A stretch of DNA of 64,000 nt from Bacteroidota bacterium. GTDB taxonomy: Bacteria; Bacteroidota; Bacteroidia; SXHM01. How positions within the stretch are numbered: position 1 is the stretch's first letter; each line of letters begins with the position of its first letter. Below the pieces are notes generated by a model. It had not been told where the DNA came from and ran no database searches. It worked only from the letters and a program-made list of their open reading frames with translations. The position numbers and the translations under genes were made by a program. The DNA is taken from NCBI GenBank assembly GCA_947478465.1, contig CANJWH010000010.1, positions 991-64,990 of the forward strand, in the 5' to 3' direction. Positions 19,797 through 29,285 of the stretch are shown piece by piece.

Positions 19797-21182
19797 TTAC
19801 ACCATTTTCTTTGGGTCAACCCAAAGATCAAATTGCTCGTTGGTAACTAAGCCCAATTCAATTGCAACCTGACGAAGTGTTTTGTGTTCTTTGTGCGCTT
19901 TCTTCGCAATTTTTGCCGCGTTCTCGTAACCGATATGCGGATTTAATGCAGTAACAAGCATCAGACTTTTCTCCAAATGTTCTTTTATCAGTTCGAGATT
20001 TGGCTCCAGTCCGATTGCACATTTATCATTAAATGAAACACATGCATCACCAATCAATCGGGCTGATTGCAAAACATTGGCAGCAATCACAGGTTTAAAA
20101 ACATTTAGTTCAAAATGTCCTGTTGCACCACCAATTGAAACGGCAACATCATTTCCTATCACTTGTGCGCAAACCATTGTCAATGCTTCAGGTTGTGTAG
20201 GATTAACTTTGCCGGGCATAATAGAAGAACCAGGTTCGTTGTCGGGAATAATTATTTCACCAATTCCTGAGCGAGGACCTGAACTCAACATGCGGATATC
20301 GTTAGCAATTTTCATCAACGAAACTGCTGAGCGTTTCAATGCACCTGATAGCTCAACCATTGCATCATGTGCTGCCAGTGCTTCAAATTTATTAGGTGCA
20401 GTTATAAAAGGAAGCCCTGTTAATTCAGCAATTTTTTTCGCAACCAACACATCATAACCTTTTGGAGCATTCAATCCTGTGCCAACTGCTGTGCCGCCAA
20501 GAGCAAGCTCTTTCACTGCTTCTAACGCATTGTTTAAAGCGCGAATGCTATTATCAATCTGTTGCACGTATCCGGAAATTTCCTGGCCGAGTGTAAGGGG
20601 AGTTGCATCCATAAAATGCGTGCGACCAACTTTTACAATGTCTTTGAAATCCTTTGATTTTGCTGCGAGTGTGTCGCGGAGTTTTTTCATTCCCGGAATA
20701 GTAATTTCTACCACCTGTTTGTATGCCGCAATATGCATGGCAGTTGGGAATGTATCGTTTGAAGATTGTGATTTATTTACATCATCATTCGGATGCAGAA
20801 CTTTTTTCTCGTCTGTTAATTTTCCTCCGCTAAGAACATGAGCGCGATATGCAACTACTTCGTTCACGTTCATGTTGCTTTGTGTTCCGCTTCCTGTTTG
20901 CCAGATTACCAGAGGAAATTCATGGTCAAGTTTCCCTGCAAGAATTTCATCACACACGTTTGCAATCAAATCTTTTTTGTCGGCAGTCAAAACGCCCAAT
21001 TCTGTGTTTGCCATTGCAGCAGCCTTTTTCAGGTAAGCAAAAGCATAAATAATTTCGCGGGGCATGCTTGCCTCAGGACCTATTTTAAAATTGTTGCGTG
21101 AGCGTTCAGTTTGTGCGCCCCAATATTTTTCGGCAGGCACTTTCACCTCGCCCATTGTATCTTTTTCTATTCTGTAGTCCAT
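19797..21182 (-). CDS. fumC: class II fumarate hydratase
   Basis: [13 protein letters not shown] signature. N-terminus ...[19 protein letters not shown] is fumarase-type rather than aspartase-type. Confidence 0.9.
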   Translation of the reverse strand: MDYRIEKDTMGEVKVPAEKYWGAQTERSRNNFKIGPEASMPREIIYAFAYLKKAAAMANTELGVLTADKKDLIANVCDEILAGKLDHEFPLVIWQTGSGTQSNMNVNEVVAYRAHVLSGGKLTDEKKVLHPNDDVNKSQSSNDTFPTAMHIAAYKQVVEITIPGMKKLRDTLAAKSKDFKDIVKVGRTHFMDATPLTLGQEISGYVQQIDNSIRALNNALEAVKELALGGTAVGTGLNAPKGYDVLVAKKIAELTGLPFITAPNKFEALAAHDAMVELSGALKRSAVSLMKIANDIRMLSSGPRSGIGEIIIPDNEPGSSIMPGKVNPTQPEALTMVCAQVIGNDVAVSIGGATGHFELNVFKPVIAANVLQSARLIGDACVSFNDKCAIGLEPNLELIKEHLEKSLMLVTALNPHIGYENAAKIAKKAHKEHKTLRQVAIELGLVTNEQFDLWVDPKKMV

Positions 21183-21292
21183 ATTTTATTTTGTTTTTTG
21201 CGGTGACAAAAGTATCAACTATTCTAATTCATTTTCAACGAATAAAAATTTACTTTTACCCGCTTAAAATCAAAACCTTCTCAGCAAAACAC

Positions 21293-22246
21293 ATGATTGT
21301 TTTGAATAAAAATATTCTATTCCTTGATACTGTTCACATTGCCCTGCGCGATGAATTAAGGAAGCTCGGTTGCCACTGTGAACTGGATGATAAGAGCAGC
21401 AAAGAAGAAATTGAGAAAAAGATTGGAGATTATGATGGTATTGTTGTCCGCAGCCGGATAAAAATTGATGCTGCGCTAATTGACAAAGCAACAAAGCTGA
21501 AATTTATTGCGCGTGCCGGAGCAGGAATGGAAAATATTGACTCGGAATACGCGAAAAAGAAAAAAATAAAATGTATCAATGCACCCGAAGGCAATCGTGA
21601 TGCAGTAGGAGAACATGCTTTGGGTATGTTGCTTTCTTTGATGAATAATCTAAATAAAGCAGATAGGGAAGTGCGTCAGGGAAAATGGCTTCGCGAAGAA
21701 AACCGCGGAACAGAACTGATGTTTAAAACAGTTGGAGTTATTGGCTACGGAAATATGGGAACTGCTTTTGCGCGCAGGCTTCAGAGTTTTAGTGTAATGG
21801 CATTAGCTTTCGATAAATACAAAGAAAACTTTGGCGATGATTTTATTATTGAAACTAACATGGACACCATTTTTGAAGAAGCTGAAGTTGTAAGTCTCCA
21901 TGTTCCGCTTACAGAGGAAACGGAATATTTAGTGGATGATAAATTTCTAAGTCGCTTTAAAAATCCGATTTACCTCATCAATACTTCACGGGGAAAAGTA
22001 GTGAATACACAAGATTTAGTAAAGCACATTAAATCAGGAAAAGTATTAGGAGCTTGCTTAGATGTGTTGGAGTACGAATCTTCATCACTTGAAAAATTAG
22101 AGCCCAAAGATTTGCCACCTGCATTGAAATATCTTTATGAAAGCGATAAGGTAATCCTTTCGCCACATATTGCAGGCTGGACATTTGAAAGCAATCAGCG
22201 TATTTCTTTGGTGCTGGCTGAAAAGATTGCGAAGATTTTGAAATAA
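21293..22246 (+). CDS. D-isomer-specific 2-hydroxyacid dehydrogenase (SerA-like/hydroxypyruvate reductase-like, no ACT domain)
   Basis: NAD-binding GxGxxG (GYGNMGTAFARR) and a catalytic domain with the conserved His region (PHIAGWT). The ORF-track start at 21098 overlaps the fumC start; the internal ATG at 21293 is used. Confidence 0.78.
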   Translation: MIVLNKNILFLDTVHIALRDELRKLGCHCELDDKSSKEEIEKKIGDYDGIVVRSRIKIDAALIDKATKLKFIARAGAGMENIDSEYAKKKKIKCINAPEGNRDAVGEHALGMLLSLMNNLNKADREVRQGKWLREENRGTELMFKTVGVIGYGNMGTAFARRLQSFSVMALAFDKYKENFGDDFIIETNMDTIFEEAEVVSLHVPLTEETEYLVDDKFLSRFKNPIYLINTSRGKVVNTQDLVKHIKSGKVLGACLDVLEYESSSLEKLEPKDLPPALKYLYESDKVILSPHIAGWTFESNQRISLVLAEKIAKILK

Positions 22247-22247
22247 C

Positions 22248-22311
22248 CCGTCACCCTGAACTTGTTTCAGGGTCTCACAAATCAAGATGCTGAAACAAGT
22301 TCAGCATGACG
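22248..22311. repeat. palindromic intergenic repeat element, copy 2
   Basis: ccgtcaccctgaacttgtttcagggtctcacaaatcaagatgctgaaacaagttcagcatgacg. Its right arm supplies the spurious ATG at 22306. Confidence 0.85.
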
Positions 22312-22323
22312 AAACAAATAAAT

Positions 22324-23403
22324 ATGGACAAATTACTCTTTACCCCCGGACCTTTAACCACCAGCAAAACAGTTAAAGAAGCCATGCTTCACGATTATGG
22401 TTCGCGCGATTCAAAATTTGTAAACATGGTTCGCGAAGTGCGTGACAAACTTTTGACTCTTGCAGGAGTTTCAAAAGAAAAAGGATATGAAACAGTTATT
22501 GTACAAGGCTCCGGAACATTTGGAATTGAGGCAACTATTTCTTCCTCTGTTCCGCGAGATGGACATTTGCTGATTGTTATCAATGGCGCCTACGGCCATC
22601 GTATGGCTAAAATTTGCAGCGTGCATGGAATAAAACACACTTCACTTGTTTTTGCAGAAAATGAAATTCCAACTATTGAGAAAACAGAAGCTGCCCTGAA
22701 AGACGACAGCAGCATAACACATCTCGCTATTGTTCACAGCGAAACCACCACAGGGATTTTTAACCCGATAAATGAGTTTGGTGCACTTGCCGCAAAGTAT
22801 AGCAAGACTTATATTGTTGATGCCATGAGCAGTTTTGGTGCTGTTCCTGTAAATGTTGCTGAGTTTAATATTGACTTTCTGGTTTCTTCTTCCAACAAGT
22901 GCATTGAAGGAGTTCCCGGTTTTTCTTTCATCATTTCCAAACGTGAAAAATTGATGCAGTGTAAAGGACAAGCAAGAAGTCTTGTGCTTGATATTTTTGC
23001 TCAATGGGAAGGCTTGGAAAATGACGGGCAGTTCCGTTTTACACCACCTACTCATAGCCTTGCAGCTTTTCACAAAGCGCTTGAAGAATTAGAAGTGGAG
23101 GGAGGGGTTTCTGCCCGCTCTGTCCGTTACAAAGAAAATTATCAAACGCTTATTTCAGGAATGCGCAAACTGGGCTTTAAAGAATACCTTGAACCCGAAA
23201 AACAAGGCTATATCATTACATCTTTCTTATATCCGTCAGCAGGTTTTAACTTTAAAGAGTTCTATAATTCACTAAACGAAAAAGGTTTTGTCATTTATCC
23301 GGGCAAACTAACTCAGGCTGATGCATTCCGAATTGGGAATATTGGTCAGCTGTACAAAAAAGATATGGAGGCTTTATTACAAGCGATAGAATCGCTCTTA
23401 TAA
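22324..23403 (+). CDS. class V aminotransferase (AGXT/PhnW-like; serine-pyruvate or 2-aminoethylphosphonate-pyruvate transaminase family)
   Basis: N-terminus LLFTPGPLTTS is typical of the AGXT/PhnW family; about 360 aa. Start moved from 22306 to 22324 because 22306 lies inside the repeat element. Confidence 0.78.
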   Translation: MDKLLFTPGPLTTSKTVKEAMLHDYGSRDSKFVNMVREVRDKLLTLAGVSKEKGYETVIVQGSGTFGIEATISSSVPRDGHLLIVINGAYGHRMAKICSVHGIKHTSLVFAENEIPTIEKTEAALKDDSSITHLAIVHSETTTGIFNPINEFGALAAKYSKTYIVDAMSSFGAVPVNVAEFNIDFLVSSSNKCIEGVPGFSFIISKREKLMQCKGQARSLVLDIFAQWEGLENDGQFRFTPPTHSLAAFHKALEELEVEGGVSARSVRYKENYQTLISGMRKLGFKEYLEPEKQGYIITSFLYPSAGFNFKEFYNSLNEKGFVIYPGKLTQADAFRIGNIGQLYKKDMEALLQAIESLL

Positions 23404-23544
23404 TTATTAAGTCTTCTTGTCGTTTATACCCGATTCTCGTCATTTAAACGATTAACACCCTAATTGTTAGCAAATTTTAACACCCCCCTTGAACTTTCGG
23501 GCAGGATTATTGTTAATGTTACAACATCATTTAAAAATTACATT

Positions 23545-23691
23545 ATGACTAAGCCGAAAAGAAAAATTAGCAAAACGCCACAAAAGAGGATTAAAGTTCA
23601 GTTGGACTACAAAACCATCATCACTATTAACAGGATGGAATCATTGAAATTGTGGCTCGAAAGATACCCGGAAGCAAAGGTTCTTGCTTAA
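23545..23691 (+). CDS. small basic hypothetical protein (48 aa), speculative
   Basis: ORF only (MTKPKRKISKTPQKRIK...); Lys/Arg-rich. Confidence 0.25.
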   Translation: MTKPKRKISKTPQKRIKVQLDYKTIITINRMESLKLWLERYPEAKVLA

Positions 23692-23824
23692 CAACAAAAA
23701 ATTTATCTGACAGGAAAGCAATTTTGTCATGCTTGACATGCTTCCCAATCTATAATCAGTTCTTGATATAGGTTTCTAAAAATATTTCTTGTTGCTTAAA
23801 GAACTCAGCACAAGATTCTACAGT

Positions 23825-24706
23825 TTAACGTTTTATCAATAACTTACCAGTTGTAATGGTGGTTTCGTTACGGTCAAAAATTCTGTAAAAATAAGTCCCG
23901 TTAATAAGGTTAGTAACGTTTACATCTTGCTTAACTTCGTTAACCTGATAGGTTTCTACCTTTCTTCCAGTTACATCAAAGATTGTAAGGGTTGCTTCCG
24001 TTTTTAAGTTAATAATATGGATAGTATTTTCGGCTGGGTTAGGGCCAAGACCAACTTTTACTTTATTAATGTGATCTTCAATGCCTGTATTATCAAAGTC
24101 AAAGGCTAAATCATCTAAAAATAAAGTTGAACCTTCAAAACCATTAGCGCCTGCACTGGAGATTAACACTAAAACAGCAGTATCGGGATTTTCGGTTGAA
24201 ATGTATTCTATTGAGTCAACAAATTCTTCGTAGCTTGAATTGGTTTGTGTAAATTCAATAATTGTATGTCCTATTGTTTCACGTTGTGTTCCATTCCATT
24301 TACTAAGGGTAACTTCAACAGAGGCTGTATCACCGTTAACCGGGGTATACATAAACCATCCAGACAGAGAGATGGGTCGCTGATTATATGCTATGCCTCC
24401 GCTAATAGTTCCATCAGTATTAATTGTACCTGTTGCGCAAATTCCTGGGGCAACATATTGTGAAATATTTTTAGTTAATAATTTCAGAGCAGTTAATCCA
24501 CCATGTACTTCATTTGAGTTAGTGGTTTTTATTGCTGTGCCGTTCGGTAATATAGATGCTACTAATGAGTTTATTGTTCCCCACCCATTTGGGTCGTCAT
24601 AACCTGGTCCCGCTGTCCAATCTTCAAACCCGGGATTGGGAATAGATTGTGATTTTGTATCAATTGAAAACAAGGCTAATAAAATTACTGGTACTAATTT
24701 TTTCAT
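23825..24706 (-). CDS. secreted hypothetical protein with T9SS type-A C-terminal sorting domain
   Basis: Signal peptide. C-terminal about 80 aa ends ...NGTYFYRIFDRNETTITTGKLLIKR, typical of a Por/T9SS CTD. Confidence 0.7.
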   Translation of the reverse strand: MKKLVPVILLALFSIDTKSQSIPNPGFEDWTAGPGYDDPNGWGTINSLVASILPNGTAIKTTNSNEVHGGLTALKLLTKNISQYVAPGICATGTINTDGTISGGIAYNQRPISLSGWFMYTPVNGDTASVEVTLSKWNGTQRETIGHTIIEFTQTNSSYEEFVDSIEYISTENPDTAVLVLISSAGANGFEGSTLFLDDLAFDFDNTGIEDHINKVKVGLGPNPAENTIHIINLKTEATLTIFDVTGRKVETYQVNEVKQDVNVTNLINGTYFYRIFDRNETTITTGKLLIKR

Positions 24707-24743
24707 GTTCTTTTTTGTTTGGTATTAAAATTACAGGGATGTT

Positions 24744-26387
24744 TTATTTAATAACTATTCGTTGTACAGATTGATAATTCCCGGCTGAGATTGCGACCAA
24801 GTAGATACCTGCTGCATATTTTTCAGGGAACTCAATTTCATCTAAATAATTTCCTGCGGGTTTATTTTTTTGACTCATCAGAAGTGATTTTTCGCCCAAA
24901 ATGTTAATGAGTTCAACTTTAAGATCTGAAGTAGTTGGTAAAATATAATTCATCGAAATCATATCTGATGCAGGATTTGGGAAGACGCTAACTTTAAGAG
25001 GGTTATTATCAGGATTATCAATACCCGATAACAAGTCTCCATAAATATATTGAAAGCCCATTACCATCATTTCCTCTTCAGAAGTAATGCCCCAGAAAAT
25101 AGTATCAGACGTATAATTTTTATAACGAGCACGGTGAATGAAGCCTAAACGGGGATCTACCTGAAGCAGGTTGTTATCATCAAAAAATTCTAAAGTTCCG
25201 TCAACTCCAAAACGGTGATAACCTACATTAAAACCTTGCTCATAACTATACCAGCTTTCGTATTCCTGAGTACCCATAGTGCCGTCAGGGTTGCGCAGGA
25301 AAATATCGTAATCTGTTCCGTATTTATGAGTATGTCCGTATAGCTGCCATATTTTCCAGTATCTGGTTTCGTTGGTATCGTTTGCTATTTCAATAAATTC
25401 ATGCTCCACATTATCGGGTGGTATTGCAATAGTGAAAACAGGATAATTTCTGATGAGCATAAAATCGGTAGCAGTACCTGTTGGTTGAGTATAGATATTC
25501 ATATACAGGTCGCAAGCCAAAACAGTGTCAGGGTTGGGATTTCTAATATGAAGGTTAAGGTCAAGAATAGAATTTTGTGCCCAGAAATAAGCAGTTGTAG
25601 GTGGTAAATCATATGTCCATACATTGGCACCGGTTCCAATTCCATCCGATACATCAGCATGTGAACTTAGTGCTTCAGGTCTTAAGCCATCATTATAGTT
25701 AGCTGCACCTCCCGGAAAGAATTTATACATTACAAAATGGTGCGTGCTTGGTGGTAACATTGTTTTCACTTTCGGAATTTCAAGATTCGATGTTAAGCGC
25801 AAATCATGTTTGATATAGTAGTAGTCTTCGGTAGCCGGTGGCACCAGAATTTTACCTACATAAATCTGAAATCCGCTGTCGGCCGGAGGAGGCTCATGAG
25901 CAGGATAGGTATCATCTTTTCCGGCACCACTGTAATAAAGATCAATTACAGCATTATCCACAACGTCTCCTGTTTGGGGCGCTCCATGCAATATCCATTG
26001 GCGCACCAGTTCAATATCCTCCTTCGCTAAGGCAGGAAGTCCGCTGGGCATATTATTTCCCTCTGTTCCAGCCAGAGCCATGTGAATATTGTTTTCATTT
26101 AATCCATGTACGATTTTGCGTAAAAGAAAACTGCGGTCAACATATCCGGGTGTTATCAGTTTATCACCTTTTGCTGCTGCTGTTGGATTAACCGGAGTAG
26201 CATTTACCAGGGCAGAATAAAATGCAGATTCAGAAAGTGTAACATTGAACGTTGGTGTTACTCCGCTATGACAACTTGCACCCGCACAGTTAGTTTGCAG
26301 GAGTTGATGAATTTGTGTAAAAGTGCTTTGTGATTTTACACTGATTGAGGTAAAAGCGAAGAAAATTAAGGGTATAAGTTTTCTCAT
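24744..26387 (-). CDS. secreted T9SS-CTD protein, paralogue 1: N-terminal Cys-x4-Cys-His domain + PHM/DBH-like putative copper monooxygenase core
   Basis: Signal peptide. CAGASCH motif. His pattern HH216-217, H280, H351-x-H353 and EEMMVM around 440, with PHM-like spacing. T9SS CTD at the C-terminus (GIYLVAISAGNYQSVQRIVIK). Confidence 0.72.
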   Translation of the reverse strand: MRKLIPLIFFAFTSISVKSQSTFTQIHQLLQTNCAGASCHSGVTPTFNVTLSESAFYSALVNATPVNPTAAAKGDKLITPGYVDRSFLLRKIVHGLNENNIHMALAGTEGNNMPSGLPALAKEDIELVRQWILHGAPQTGDVVDNAVIDLYYSGAGKDDTYPAHEPPPADSGFQIYVGKILVPPATEDYYYIKHDLRLTSNLEIPKVKTMLPPSTHHFVMYKFFPGGAANYNDGLRPEALSSHADVSDGIGTGANVWTYDLPPTTAYFWAQNSILDLNLHIRNPNPDTVLACDLYMNIYTQPTGTATDFMLIRNYPVFTIAIPPDNVEHEFIEIANDTNETRYWKIWQLYGHTHKYGTDYDIFLRNPDGTMGTQEYESWYSYEQGFNVGYHRFGVDGTLEFFDDNNLLQVDPRLGFIHRARYKNYTSDTIFWGITSEEEMMVMGFQYIYGDLLSGIDNPDNNPLKVSVFPNPASDMISMNYILPTTSDLKVELINILGEKSLLMSQKNKPAGNYLDEIEFPEKYAAGIYLVAISAGNYQSVQRIVIK

Positions 26388-26490
26388 TTAAATGCTGCTA
26401 TTTTGTTGGTTATTATTTTTTTAACAAGGCGAATATACAATTATCTTAATACCTGATACAAATTTGTAACATTTTTAATACCAGTAAAAT

Positions 26491-26525
26491 AAAAAAGCCC
26501 CTCGCTTATAACGAAGGGCTTTTTG
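26491..26525. terminator. terminator-like hairpin
   Basis: aaaaaagcccctcgcttataacgaagggcttttt lies downstream of the 26541-28196 gene on the minus strand. Confidence 0.55.
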
Positions 26526-26540
26526 TATCAAATAAAAGTA

Positions 26541-28196
26541 TTACTCAAAAACAATCTTCGCAGTCTCAACTCCTGCACCTGTTGAAACCGATAAGGTGTA
26601 AAAGCCTGCAGTAAGGTTCAAAGCACTTTTGCTCAGTTGCAGTTTTTGTTTACCCTGTGTAATGTAAACAGATTTGGAATAAACCTCTCTGCCCAGATTA
26701 TCAAACAGGCGGATAAAACCCTGTTCAGGTTTTTCGCTGTTGAACGATAAGTTAACCACATCGCCCGAAGGATTAGGATACACATTAAAATAATTGAAAG
26801 GGCTGTTTTCTTCTTTCACACCAATAGTAACAGGTTCGGTGGTGTATTGCATATAGGTTACATACATTTCATCGGTAGTTCTTAATCCAAAACCAATGGT
26901 GTCGGGTCCGGGATTATTAAAAACTGCCTCATGGATAAGTCCGTTGGTAAAATCAACTGGCTGCAAAGGGTCAAAGGTTCTGAAAGGCGGGTGCGACCAA
27001 TCATAATACCCCTGATTAAAGGTGTATTCAACATTGTAATTTCCGTCATAAATATGCTCGCCTTTTGTTCCGTCTGAGTTTCGCATCCATACATCAAACT
27101 GTTTTCCGCGCGCATGGGTATGAGCCATTATAGACCAGATGTAATGTGTGTAGGCGGTGTCAACTTCAAACTGGTTAATCACTAACGTGGTGTCAGTTGC
27201 TGTTGGTAAAAGGTGGAGGTTAAGCGGGTCGCTGCCACCATAATAAACCGGATTCGAAAGCATTTCGGTCTGAGCGGTTCCCATGGTTTGGGTATATACG
27301 TTCATATATATTTCGGCTGGCAAAATAGAGTCGGCATTGTAGTTGGGGATGTGATAGTTAATATCCAGAACGGTGCTGTCCTGCCAGGTAAAAGCAGTGC
27401 CTTCGGGAAGTACCAAATCCTGACTGTTGGGCCACTGACCCAAAATACTGCTGGCATAATAAACACCGGCAGCATCTAAAATAGAATTCACAGGTCTAAG
27501 TCCCGGATTGAAAAATGATTCAAGCCCGTCATTGTATTTATATAAAGCCGTGTGGTGCGAGTATTCGTTGATTTCGGTTCTAACACGATACACTTCTTTT
27601 CCTTCAATCATTTTGGTCTCGTATTTATAAAATACTTCTTGCTCGGTTGAAGGCAATACAAAGAATGGTCCGTAGTGTATCTGGTAACCTTCAGATGGGT
27701 CTGGTGCGGCAAGTGGTGTAATTCTTGGCATCCCCTGTCCGCCATAGAAATCAGCTAATGTTTGTGTATTTACATAATGATTGGTGTCACCTGCTCCCCA
27801 AAGTATCCATTGGCGAATCAATTCTATTTGATCATCAGGTAACTGATTTAAGTTGCTTGGCATTGGATTTCCCATTTGGTTGGTAAGGTAATTAACCCCG
27901 GGATCAATGTCGTGTGCTACTTTTCTGAATAGAAAACTTCTGTCAGGATAACCCGGATCAACTAATTTATAACCTTCGGTGATTGCAGCAGGGTTTATAG
28001 GGTTAACATTTATAAGACGCTGGTAAACCTCAGCAGTTGTGCCAGATAAATTCAGCTGCCCTGAAGGACTGCCTCCGCTGTGACAGCCAGTAGCGCATTT
28101 AAGCTGAAAAATAGCATGCACTTCGTCAAAAGTAGATTGAGCAAAAAGTGAAAAAGGCAAAACAAAAGAAGCAAAAAGTAAAGATTTAAATTTCAT
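26541..28196 (-). CDS. secreted T9SS-CTD protein, paralogue 2 (same architecture as 24744-26387)
   Basis: Signal peptide. CATGCH motif. HH214-215, H282, H359-x-H361, DEMYVTYM. T9SS CTD at the C-terminus. Clear paralogy with the neighbouring gene. Confidence 0.72.
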   Translation of the reverse strand: MKFKSLLFASFVLPFSLFAQSTFDEVHAIFQLKCATGCHSGGSPSGQLNLSGTTAEVYQRLINVNPINPAAITEGYKLVDPGYPDRSFLFRKVAHDIDPGVNYLTNQMGNPMPSNLNQLPDDQIELIRQWILWGAGDTNHYVNTQTLADFYGGQGMPRITPLAAPDPSEGYQIHYGPFFVLPSTEQEVFYKYETKMIEGKEVYRVRTEINEYSHHTALYKYNDGLESFFNPGLRPVNSILDAAGVYYASSILGQWPNSQDLVLPEGTAFTWQDSTVLDINYHIPNYNADSILPAEIYMNVYTQTMGTAQTEMLSNPVYYGGSDPLNLHLLPTATDTTLVINQFEVDTAYTHYIWSIMAHTHARGKQFDVWMRNSDGTKGEHIYDGNYNVEYTFNQGYYDWSHPPFRTFDPLQPVDFTNGLIHEAVFNNPGPDTIGFGLRTTDEMYVTYMQYTTEPVTIGVKEENSPFNYFNVYPNPSGDVVNLSFNSEKPEQGFIRLFDNLGREVYSKSVYITQGKQKLQLSKSALNLTAGFYTLSVSTGAGVETAKIVFE

Positions 28197-28327
28197 TTAA
28201 TTTAGGGTGTTAGAACGAACCAAAAGTATGAATTTATAACTATGGTAACGTTTTACAGCAATAAAAAACCAAAATTCAGAAACTTGTTTACATTTGCCAG
28301 CACATTAACCACAAAAAACAAAAAATA

Positions 28328-29194
28328 ATGATTAAAAAATTACTCTCAATTACATCAATCGCTTTGGTTTCTGTTTTTACAGTAACAGCTCAAACAACTA
28401 TTCCAAACGCAAATTTTGAAACATGGTCTGGCAGCAATGCTACCAGCTGGAACAACCTTAATGGTGTTGCTCCGGGTTCTTGCACAAAAGCAACCGCACC
28501 TGCCGATATTCACGGAGGTTCTGCTGCAATTATCCTTAAAACATTATCGGTATTCGGAAACACAGCTCCCGGAACAGCAGCTACAGGTACTATTAACCTT
28601 TTAGCACAAACTGTTACTGGTGGAACACCATTTACTGCCCGCCCTGATTCATTAACAGGCTGGTATAAATATGTTCCTCAAGGCAATGATGCCGGAAACA
28701 TTGTTGGTATTCTTTTAACTGCTGACCCTGCAAGAGATACCATTGCAACTGCTGTTTTCTTTCCTTCCGGGACAGTAAGCACATATACCTATTTTAAAGC
28801 GGCATTTGAATACCGTTTGCCGGATGTACCAACTCAGGCTCTTTTCATTATGGCATCTAGTGGTGCAAGCGGTGGAGTAGTAAACACCCTTATGTATGTT
28901 GACGATTTAGGTGTTGTATATAACCCATCTGTAGGTGTTGATGAAGCTACTGCAACAAAAGATATTTCAGTTTACCCTAACCCGGTTTCTGATAATCTGA
29001 ATGTTAACATGGCGGGTATTCAAGGTGCAAGCGTTTCAATTTTTGACATCACCGGCAAAAAAGTTGCTCAGCAAATCCTGACCGAAAAACTAAACAGTGT
29101 TAACGTTGCTTCATTGGCAAACGGAATGTACGTTTACCAGGTAAACAGCAACACAAACGGTACTTTGAAAACAGGTAAGTTTATTGTGAAATAA
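28328..29194 (+). CDS. secreted hypothetical protein with T9SS type-A CTD
   Basis: Signal peptide. N-terminal region (PNANFETWSG...) is similar to the 23825-24706 product. C-terminal CTD ...NGMYVYQVNSNTNGTLKTGKFIVK. Confidence 0.7.
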   Translation: MIKKLLSITSIALVSVFTVTAQTTIPNANFETWSGSNATSWNNLNGVAPGSCTKATAPADIHGGSAAIILKTLSVFGNTAPGTAATGTINLLAQTVTGGTPFTARPDSLTGWYKYVPQGNDAGNIVGILLTADPARDTIATAVFFPSGTVSTYTYFKAAFEYRLPDVPTQALFIMASSGASGGVVNTLMYVDDLGVVYNPSVGVDEATATKDISVYPNPVSDNLNVNMAGIQGASVSIFDITGKKVAQQILTEKLNSVNVASLANGMYVYQVNSNTNGTLKTGKFIVK

Positions 29195-29197
29195 ATT

Positions 29198-29285
29198 CCG
29201 TCATTCCGAACTTGTTTCGGAATCTCAGATGTTAAACGAAAACAAAAAGGGAGCCGAATTTCGGTTCCCTTTTTGTTTTGTCATA
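29198..29285. repeat. degenerate half-copy of the palindromic element plus a second long hairpin
   Basis: ccgtcattccgaacttgtttcggaatctcagatg is the left arm and spacer only. It is followed by caaaaagggagccgaaatttcggttccctttttg, a 16-bp stem with one mismatch. Confidence 0.6.

Noticed and set aside
20077-21101. Several plus-strand ORFs (126, 120, 87 and 67 aa)
   Set aside because: All antisense within fumC. Typical shadow ORFs.
22306-22323. ORF-track start codon of the aminotransferase
   Set aside because: The ATG is part of the palindromic repeat arm. The downstream ATG at 22324 gives a family-typical N-terminus.
24744-28196. Canonical c-type heme (CXXCH) in the two PHM-like paralogues
   Set aside because: Spacing is C-x4-CH and C-x3-CH, not CXXCH. 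Heme attachment cannot be asserted from sequence, so it is kept only as a hypothesis within the finding.
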